A DNA stretch of 64,000 nucleotides. Source: Bacillales bacterium UBA6449. GTDB taxonomy: Bacteria > Bacillota_I > Bacilli_A > RFN20 > CAG-288. Of the stretch, positions 1 through 7,035 are shown piece after piece. Position 1 is the stretch's first letter. Each line of letters begins with the position of its first letter. Below the pieces are notes generated by a model, which saw only the letters and a list, made by a program, of their open reading frames with translations, made no database searches and had not been told where the DNA came from. The position numbers and the translations under genes are program-made. Location: the NCBI GenBank assembly GCA_002437105.1, contig DJOB01000004.1:189162-253161 (forward strand). The letters run 5' to 3'.

Positions 1-1457
1 ATGACTCGATTCTCTCTCTTTACTATACTGCTAAAACCGATGATGGGAAGGACAGAAACCGACATGGTGAGGATGGCGCTACCGCTCCGATAGAAGGGGA
101 TGATCGATTCGTCAGCGGAGTAGCAGATCATTACGGCGAAAACGAAGGCGCATCCAACGGCGAGGTCTTCGCGTCCGTTGCGAGCTAGTTTTATCACGTA
201 TCGGATGAGGATTCCAGTCAACAGCATGAAGAAGAGGAGACCGAGAGCCCCGTATCGGACGGTGATCTCTAAAAGGCCGGAGTGGGTCGTGCGCACGGGG
301 CTGTAGAACGGATTCGCCTGTACCAGTTCCTGCTGGAAGGCTAACAGCAGCTGCTCGCTTGCCCGAAAGCCCCAGCCGAAGATCATCCGGAAGGGGGAAT
401 AGGCATAGAAGGTCATTGACTTCTTCCAGAGTATGACGCGCGTGCCTCCGGTCCCCTTGGCATCAGTGACCATATTCTCGATCGCTTTCACGATGGCGTG
501 GAAGATGTTTCCCTCGTTCTTTCCCAGAGTTAATAGGAGCGAGAGCAGAACGGTGCTGGTCACCAGGAGTAGACCGAGCATGAGGCCACTGGCGATAGGG
601 TGCGATCTGAAGTTGATAGCGCAGCGCCAGATCCAGTAGATGGGAAGGAAGATGGCGAGGAGGAGCAGGATGGTCTTGCACACGGTCATCACGATCATGG
701 CGGTAAAGAAGAGGGCGATGGGAAGGTAGACATAGGCGCGGGGCCGATAGCAGTTCAACAGCAGGCAGGCTAGGATACCGATGAAGAGGGCGAGGGCGAG
801 AGAATTCTCATTGGAGAAGAGCCCGGTCAGGGTCGGCATCCTTTCCGTTTTGCCCGTGAAATAGTCGATGACCGACTGGTACTGCCAGATCTTCGCGGGA
901 AGCAGAGTGGATAGAGCGCAGAGGAAGGCACCGCCGATGACTATCCAGAGGATTATCAGCGTCCCTCTGGACCCGATCATCTCCTTTCCCTGCGTGAAAA
1001 GCGTGACGAGCAGGAAGACCCAAACGACTTCATCCGAGAAATCGATCAGCTGATCGGTGCGGGTGATCGCGAAGTTCAAAGAGATGATCGGCGAGCCTTC
1101 ATATAGGTTGTTAAAGACTAATTGTGTAGTTTCGGTCGGGATGGTGAATATCCTTATGGCTTCGCTTCCCAGCCAGATTATCGCTATTGAACCGATAGCG
1201 AGTCCCCATTTATACCCTATTTTGGGTGGGAAGAGACTGAGCGAACAGATGAAGCAGATGAGGGTCAGGATCCAGACCGGGTAGTACTCCAGCGGGGTTA
1301 TCAGGTCTTGCGAGACATCGACTTTTCCTGAGAATAAGTCGATACCTAGAGTGCAGTATATCGTTCCGAGGGCGGCGAGGAGCCAGAGGGCGAGAGCCCA
1401 GTACCGCTGCGGTGTTCTGATTTCGAAGCTGTCGCTATCTATTCTTAAGGCTTTCAT
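1..1457 (-). CDS. O-antigen ligase/polymerase-like (Wzy_C-type) polytopic membrane protein; C-terminal end runs off the window
   Basis: Absent from the supplied ORF track because it touches the window edge. Hand translation of the minus strand is open from the ATG at 1457-1455 (MKALRIDSDSFEIRTPQRYWALALWLL...) to base 1 with no stop. Many hydrophobic helices. Loop motif FGWGFRASEQ...RTTHSGLLEITVRYGALGLLFF is typical of the O-antigen ligase/Wzy family. Confidence 0.7.
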   Translation of the reverse strand, partial: MKALRIDSDSFEIRTPQRYWALALWLLAALGTIYCTLGIDLFSGKVDVSQDLITPLEYYPVWILTLICFICSLSLFPPKIGYKWGLAIGSIAIIWLGSEAIRIFTIPTETTQLVFNNLYEGSPIISLNFAITRTDQLIDFSDEVVWVFLLVTLFTQGKEMIGSRGTLIILWIVIGGAFLCALSTLLPAKIWQYQSVIDYFTGKTERMPTLTGLFSNENSLALALFIGILACLLLNCYRPRAYVYLPIALFFTAMIVMTVCKTILLLLAIFLPIYWIWRCAINFRSHPIASGLMLGLLLVTSTVLLSLLLTLGKNEGNIFHAIVKAIENMVTDAKGTGGTRVILWKKSMTFYAYSPFRMIFGWGFRASEQLLLAFQQELVQANPFYSPVRTTHSGLLEITVRYGALGLLFFMLLTGILIRYVIKLARNGREDLAVGCAFVFAVMICYSADESIIPFYRSGSAILTMSVSVLPIIGFSSIVKRENRV

Positions 1458-1648
1458 GATTCATTATTATAAGCGCAGGCCCCTCGGATCTGAGAGTTCG
1501 AGTGCGAGCTGGATACCGATGGTCAGGTTTTCCCACCTATCCGTCGAGGCGGTTATTCATCTCGTTTCGCTAGTCCCCGTGATATCGTTAGAGTCGCGAT
1601 CTATCCTATTGGTATAATTTCAGCAGTTCGAGAGCGGGAGATTCTGGT

Positions 1649-2731
1649 ATGGGTGATAAAAAGATCAACATCGATTTTCTGGTGAAGCTCAAGGAGCGTT
1701 CCGACCAGGGCGTCCACTCGGCTTCGGTGGAGGATCTGCACCTCCTTCGTGAATATGGGGCTAAGGATTATGACGTGGTTCTGAATAGGCGGGCTAAGTA
1801 CGCGGATATCGTGCATGCCTGCGATGTTCATCCCCAGTTCTATTTCAAGCTGAAGAAGGCGAAGCTCTCGCTGGCACTCGTTCATTTTCTCCCTTCTACC
1901 CTCCAGGGATCGATCTCGCTACCGAAGGGGATCATGAACCTGTATGCGAAGTATGTTTTGAACTTCTACGCTCGGGCGGACCATCTGGTGACCGTGAATC
2001 CCCAGTATGTGCAAAGGCTGGTGGATCTCGGTTTCTCTTCGGCACGGGTCCACTATATCCCCAACTGCATCTCACCGGCCCTCTTCCATCCGCTGAGCGC
2101 GAAGGAGAGGGTAGCGGCGCGCAGCCAGTTCAATATCGGAAGCGAGGATAAGGTGGTCCTCTCGGTGGGGCAGACGCAGCCGCGCAAGGGTATCTTCGAT
2201 TTCATCGAGCTCGCGGAGGACAATCCGGATGTCCGGTTTATCTGGGCGGGAGATTTCACTTTCGGACGGATCACGGCCGACTATCGTCGGGTGAAGAAAG
2301 CCATCGAGAACTGCCCTCCCAATCTCCGGTTCATCGGCTCGATAGCCAGAGAGAGGATGAATCTTCTCTACGGGGCGGCTGATCTGTACATCTCCACCTC
2401 GGAGGATGAGCTCTTTCCGATGACGATCCTCGAAGCCTGCTCCTGCGGTCTCCCTATCGCGGTGCGGTACCTGCCGCTCTATGAGCCGATCCTGGGCGAC
2501 TATGTGGTCAAGTGCTCGAATGTGGCGGAGTATTCCCACCTGATAAAGAGCTTCTTCGCTGACGGTAGTCAGCTGCCCCAGGCGGGACACGAAAACTCGC
2601 TGAAACTGGCGCAGATGTATCTGCCGGAGAAGGTCTATGCGCAGTGGGATCAACTCTATCGCACTATCCTGGCTGACCCTCTGCCCTTCCGCGGCTCGAG
2701 AGATCCTCAGACGCGAGGCGACAAGCGATAA
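1649..2731 (+). CDS. GT4-family (GT-B fold) glycosyltransferase, glycolipid-synthase-like
   Basis: 360-aa ORF with C-terminal motif EDELFPMTILEACSCGLPI (E-x7-E type) and N-terminal SDQGVHSA, as in diacylglycerol glucosyltransferases. GGGAG lies upstream of the ATG. Confidence 0.75.
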   Translation: MGDKKINIDFLVKLKERSDQGVHSASVEDLHLLREYGAKDYDVVLNRRAKYADIVHACDVHPQFYFKLKKAKLSLALVHFLPSTLQGSISLPKGIMNLYAKYVLNFYARADHLVTVNPQYVQRLVDLGFSSARVHYIPNCISPALFHPLSAKERVAARSQFNIGSEDKVVLSVGQTQPRKGIFDFIELAEDNPDVRFIWAGDFTFGRITADYRRVKKAIENCPPNLRFIGSIARERMNLLYGAADLYISTSEDELFPMTILEACSCGLPIAVRYLPLYEPILGDYVVKCSNVAEYSHLIKSFFADGSQLPQAGHENSLKLAQMYLPEKVYAQWDQLYRTILADPLPFRGSRDPQTRGDKR

Positions 2732-2806
2732 AAGTAGATACTTCCCGTTTCAAGCTACTTTAAATATCTTAGAATATACCTGTAAAAGAAAGGGGCTATT
2801 TTTTTA

Positions 2807-3685
2807 ATGCCACAAAACGATTTAGACAAGGGCAGAAGCGCTGCTGAAGAGCCTTCTGCCTCCCTTGAGGCACGCCATACCGCCAACATCGTCATGGCGA
2901 AGCGCTGCTTCGCGGAGATGATCGGAACTGCGGTTCTGGTCATCATCGGCTGCGGTGCTGCGATGGGTCTCTCCCTGGGAGCGGATGACAACTACATCGC
3001 GCTCGCTATCGGAACCGCGTTCGCCTTTGGACTGGTGGTTACCGCGCTGTCCTATGCTCTCGGCGAGTACTCCGGCTGCCACGTCAATCCCGCTGTCACC
3101 TTCGCGCTCTTCCTGGCTAAGAAGATCGATGCGAAGCAGATGCTGCTGTACTGGATCAGCCAGGTGGTCGGTGGAATTCTGGGCGGTGCCGTTCTTCTTC
3201 TCATCTTCGGCGGTCTCGGTGGGAGCGATGTCGTGAAGACTCTCGCCTCCAATACCGTCAATATGGCGAACCTCTGGAAGTCCTGGGGTGGTAAAGGCGT
3301 GGCTCCTGTAGCCTATTCGGCTCAGGGCTGGCCCTTCCTGTTCATCGGACTGTTCGCTGAGATCTTCTTCGCCTTCGTGTTCGTCTTCACCATCCTCTGC
3401 ACCGGACACAATCGCGAGAATGGTCCCATCTCCGGTATCGCCCTCGGTCTCTCGCTCGTCTCGGTTATCCTCTTAGGCTTCAACATCACTGGCACGGGTG
3501 TCAATCCTGCACGCTCGATCGGTACGGCGGTCATGGCGATGGTCACCGGCGAGTTCGAGCCGATCAAGGAAATCTGGATCTTTATCTTCGGACCCATGAT
3601 CGGTGCGGCGCTGGCTGTCGGTGCCTACCGGATCGTCTGGCATGAGCACGGAGCTCATCCCAAGGCCAAGGTCAACAAGAAGTAG
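2807..3685 (+). CDS. MIP/aquaporin-family channel
   Basis: Two NPA boxes (HVNPAVTF and GVNPARSIG) and six hydrophobic helices. The 29-aa N-terminal extension is preceded by AAAGGGG. Confidence 0.9.
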   Translation: MPQNDLDKGRSAAEEPSASLEARHTANIVMAKRCFAEMIGTAVLVIIGCGAAMGLSLGADDNYIALAIGTAFAFGLVVTALSYALGEYSGCHVNPAVTFALFLAKKIDAKQMLLYWISQVVGGILGGAVLLLIFGGLGGSDVVKTLASNTVNMANLWKSWGGKGVAPVAYSAQGWPFLFIGLFAEIFFAFVFVFTILCTGHNRENGPISGIALGLSLVSVILLGFNITGTGVNPARSIGTAVMAMVTGEFEPIKEIWIFIFGPMIGAALAVGAYRIVWHEHGAHPKAKVNKK

Positions 3686-3698
3686 TCGATAGCGATTG

Positions 3699-3733
3699 AA
3701 AAAGGGTCCGCGAGAGCGGACTCTTTTCTTTTT
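3699..3733. terminator. Bidirectional intrinsic terminator between convergent genes
   Basis: Stem GGGTCCGC / GCGGACTC with a GAGA loop, followed by TTTTCTTTTT and preceded by an A-run. Confidence 0.7.
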
Positions 3734-3772
3734 GACTACTGGATATTTAATCGTGGATAAGAGACTTCTGCA

Positions 3773-4381
3773 TCAGTCCAGCAGACTCTTGCGGTGGAGG
3801 GCACAGTCCAGCATCCGCAACATCTGTTGAGGATGATTCTTGATGGAGATGCGGGGTAGATTATCGACGGGGAACCAGTCGACCGCGAGGATCTCGTAGG
3901 TGGGCTTGTGGGGTTGACCGACCAGTTTCCCCTCGTAGACGAGGATATATTCCGGTGCACCGGAGGTGCTCATGCCAGAATAGCGATCGAGGGCGCCTAT
4001 CATGTTGGTGATCCGGCAGTCGTAGCCCGCCTCCTCCCAGACTTCCTTGCGCGCTGATTCGGTCGGGCTCAGACCGATCTCGCACCAGCCGCCGGGGAAG
4101 GACCACCCTTCATCCTTGGCCTCCTGGACCAGAAGTACTTTAGTGCGATCGGGGGAGAGGATGATGGTGCGGCACGAGACCGAAGGGGTGGGATAGACAT
4201 CCCGCCTAAAATAGTTCTGCCCGTCGAGCCGGACGGCATCGATGCTGTCGAGGAATCTCGAGGTCAATCGCTGCAGCTCATCGTAGTTGTCGAGCGCATA
4301 GGGATCCTTCGAGTAGGTAAGACCCACCTTGGCGATCTCTTCGACTTTGAGCAGATAGTCTATCAGTGCGTGCTTTTCCAT
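3773..4381 (-). CDS. NUDIX hydrolase with an N-terminal Nudix_N-type extension
   Basis: Nudix box GGWCEIGLSPTESARKEVWEEAGYD. SD GGGGAGGA upstream. Confidence 0.85.
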   Translation of the reverse strand: MEKHALIDYLLKVEEIAKVGLTYSKDPYALDNYDELQRLTSRFLDSIDAVRLDGQNYFRRDVYPTPSVSCRTIILSPDRTKVLLVQEAKDEGWSFPGGWCEIGLSPTESARKEVWEEAGYDCRITNMIGALDRYSGMSTSGAPEYILVYEGKLVGQPHKPTYEILAVDWFPVDNLPRISIKNHPQQMLRMLDCALHRKSLLD

Positions 4382-4471
4382 AATCGCGCCATCCTCCCCT
4401 TCGGAAAGACTTCGGATATTCTACACGACGGCGCTCATCTTTCAAGGCATATACACCCATCCGTATCGACT

Positions 4472-4502
4472 GAAAAAGCCCAGGAGCGAAACTCCTGAGC
4501 TT
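4472..4502 (-). terminator. Intrinsic terminator downstream of cdaA
   Basis: Minus strand reads AGCTCAGGAG-TTTCG-CTCCTGGGCT followed by TTTTT. Confidence 0.65.
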
Positions 4503-4516
4503 TCATCCTTCGAGGA

Positions 4517-5338
4517 TCAGTCGGTCGAATTGCCATCCTCCATAAAACTCTTGAAGGAGGTGAGGAAGTTGGCTTTGGTGCAGGGAGTCAAGGTTCCGCG
4601 ATAGGCGATGTGGATCCGTCCGGTCTCCTCGCTGACCACTACGGTGACCGAATCGGTCCGCTCGGAAATGCCGACCGCCGCGCGGTGCCTGGCGCCGACC
4701 TTGCCGCTGAAGGCTTTGTTGGAGGTGGGGAATTGAACTGAGGCGGCGTGGATGATGTTGCCGATAACGACCATGCCCATGTCGTGCAGCCGGGTTCCGG
4801 TGTAGAAGATGGTTTCCACCAACTCGGGGACGAAGGGGGCATCGAGGATCGTCGCATCCTGAGGAATCTCGATCTTGTCCTTCTTCTGGAAGGTGATCAG
4901 CGCACCCGTGTGTTTTTCGGAGAGCCGTAGGACCGAGGTCTCGACATCCTTATAGAGCTTCTCGCGGTCGAACGAGTCGGTCTTCTTCACATTCTTCTTC
5001 GCTCCCGGATGGAAGAGATTGAGCGGCGACTGGAGCATCTCGCTGAATTCGGAGCTGTAGGTGAAGGCGCCGATCATGACGATCGCGAAGATGGTGAGCA
5101 TCACGAGGGCGGCTGCGACATAGAGGTGGAACAGGAGGGCCAAGAGGCTGAGCGGCAGCAGGAAGAGGAAGGAGAACCTCACCCGCTTGTGGTGGAACAT
5201 GAAGAATAGGACAACGCCTATTCCGATCATCAGCAGAGCTGAGATCCCGAAATCCGTCCAATCCCGAGCGGTGAAGTCCGCCGGGTTCATTCCTAGCGCC
5301 GAGCTAGAGGCAAAGAGAGCTGTTCTGACCATTTTCAC
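4517..5338 (-). CDS. cdaA: Diadenylate cyclase CdaA (3 N-terminal TM helices plus DAC domain), with a non-canonical DMG in place of DGA
   Basis: GARHRAAVGISERTDSVTVVVSEETG (RHR motif) and GALITFQ are present. The position aligned to the canonical LHDGA reads LHDMG. SD GGGAGGTG upstream. Confidence 0.85.
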   Translation of the reverse strand: MKMVRTALFASSSALGMNPADFTARDWTDFGISALLMIGIGVVLFFMFHHKRVRFSFLFLLPLSLLALLFHLYVAAALVMLTIFAIVMIGAFTYSSEFSEMLQSPLNLFHPGAKKNVKKTDSFDREKLYKDVETSVLRLSEKHTGALITFQKKDKIEIPQDATILDAPFVPELVETIFYTGTRLHDMGMVVIGNIIHAASVQFPTSNKAFSGKVGARHRAAVGISERTDSVTVVVSEETGRIHIAYRGTLTPCTKANFLTSFKSFMEDGNSTD

Positions 5339-5632
5339 CTCCCTGGAGAATCCCCTTCCCTTACTTAATAAAAATTATAGATAAATATTTACTTTTTTTT
5401 ACTTTATATATAAAGATTGAACCAAAATCTTCAGGTTTTCTTCGATATCGGCCGGATATTCGAACTCGTGAGCCGAATATTGTTCTCGAGGAGCACTTGA
5501 TCTATCGATCTTCCCTTATTCATTTCTCTGTTATCCCCTGTTATTTTCGATGGCTCGATGGGTTATCCGCCACGGTCGTCGGACTTTAGGTTCGAAGATA
5601 TCTAGTATCCGCTTATCTAGAGTTGGGAATCT

Positions 5633-5660
5633 CAAAAAAAGAAGGCCTAAAGCCTTCTTG
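5633..5660 (-). terminator. Intrinsic terminator ending the ATPase-RCK-RCK operon
   Basis: Minus strand reads AAGAAGGC-TTTAG-GCCTTCTT followed by TTTTTTT. Confidence 0.7.
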
Positions 5661-5694
5661 TATCCTGTGAAATCTAAGTTTGATCGAGGGGGTA

Positions 5695-6372
5695 TCAGTC
5701 GGCTAACCTTCCAGGATTGAATAGGTCGTCGAGCTGAGCGTGGATCTCCTCCGAGGTGAAGAACATGATCTTGTCGCCGGGGTGGATGGTGGTGGAGCCG
5801 TGCGGGATGATCAAGCTCTCGCCCCGGTAGATGGCGATCATCAGCGCGGATTCGGGCATCTTGATATCCTTGATCTGCATATCGATGGTCTTCGAGCGCT
5901 CGCTGACGGTCAGCTGGATGATCGAGTAGGAGCCGCGGGACAGTTTCATCAGCGTCATCAGGCTCTTCATCGACATCTCCTCGACGACCATGTGACCGAT
6001 GATATCCGCCTGGTTGATGGCGGCGTCGACACCCATCCCGATGGTGAAGAGCCAGGAGTTGGCCGGGTTGTTCACCTTGGAGATGACGCGGGGCGCCTGG
6101 AATTCGAATTTGGAGATGGTCGAGATGACCAGGTTGGTCTCGTCGCGACCGGTGACGGCGGCGACGACATCGGCATCGCGGATCCCCGAGGATTCGAGAA
6201 TGGTGGGCGAGGCGCCGTCGCCCAGAGTAACCTTGCGCTGACCGAACCTCTCGATCAGCTTATCTGCGGCCTTCTTGTCGGATTCGATGATGCGGAAGTC
6301 ACAACCGTTCTTGGTCAGCAGCTCGGCCATATAGGAGCCGACCTGGCCTCCACCTACTATCACAGCTTTCAT
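5695..6372 (-). CDS. TrkA/KtrA-type RCK protein (NAD-binding N domain plus RCK_C)
   Basis: MKAVIVGGGQVGSYMAELL Rossmann motif. 225 aa, a KtrA-like length. SD GGAGGG upstream. Confidence 0.85.
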   Translation of the reverse strand: MKAVIVGGGQVGSYMAELLTKNGCDFRIIESDKKAADKLIERFGQRKVTLGDGASPTILESSGIRDADVVAAVTGRDETNLVISTISKFEFQAPRVISKVNNPANSWLFTIGMGVDAAINQADIIGHMVVEEMSMKSLMTLMKLSRGSYSIIQLTVSERSKTIDMQIKDIKMPESALMIAIYRGESLIIPHGSTTIHPGDKIMFFTSEEIHAQLDDLFNPGRLAD

Positions 6373-6384
6373 CTTCTTGCCCTC

Positions 6385-7035
6385 CTATAGGCCGAGAGCC
6401 CGCTTCAAGCGGGGCTTGTCGGCGGTCTTGACTGCGAAGTAGAGGATATCGCCCGTCTGGATCTTCTCGTCTTTCAGGGGGAGGAAGGAGGTGTGGCCTC
6501 TCACGATGGCGAACAGGTTGAAGGATTGCTGAGCGGTCAGCTCCTCGACCGTCGCCCCAGTCAGCTCCTGCGGCGTGATGATGCGGATGATCTCGGTGTC
6601 GCCGTTCTCGCCCAGCATCGAGATGGAGTCCATGCGGTCGAAGCTCAGCAGCTCGATGGCGCGATCGGCTCCGAAACCGGTCGGGGAGATGGTCTTGATG
6701 CCGAGGCTCTCGTAGATCTTGGCCCGGCGCGGATCGTTGATCCTGGCGATGGTGCGAGGAACCATGTAGAAGTCCTTGCACACGCGACCCGTGGTCGCAT
6801 TCATATCGTCGGAACCAGTCGCGAGGATGACCGCATCCATGAACTGGATGCCCGCCTCCTCGAGCGTATCCTTATCGTAGGCTACGCCGACGACGGTGTT
6901 CCCCGAGAACTCGCTTCCTAGACGGTAGAAGGCGTTGGGGTCGGAATCGACCACGGTGACATCGTGTCCCCGCTTGAACAGCTCCAGAGCGACGGCGCAC
7001 CCCAGCTTTCCGCATCCGATTATCATTGCTCTCAT
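6385..7035 (-). CDS. TrkA/KtrA-type RCK protein, second paralogue
   Basis: MRAMIIGCGKLGCAVALELFKRGHDV Rossmann motif. I place the start at 7035, where ATGA overlaps the ATPase stop. The longer track start at 7119 would lie inside the ATPase gene. Confidence 0.8.
   Translation of the reverse strand: MRAMIIGCGKLGCAVALELFKRGHDVTVVDSDPNAFYRLGSEFSGNTVVGVAYDKDTLEEAGIQFMDAVILATGSDDMNATTGRVCKDFYMVPRTIARINDPRRAKIYESLGIKTISPTGFGADRAIELLSFDRMDSISMLGENGDTEIIRIITPQELTGATVEELTAQQSFNLFAIVRGHTSFLPLKDEKIQTGDILYFAVKTADKPRLKRALGL

Noticed and set aside
6299-6781. Arg/Pro/His-rich alternative-frame ORFs overlapping trkA, the ATPase, znu, polA, the amylase and other genes (for example 6299-6781, 7141-7440, 10424-10660, 17791-18078 and 57968-58480).
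   Set aside because: These are off-frame readings of GC-rich coding sequence. Their composition is typical of out-of-frame translation, and a better-supported gene occupies every locus.
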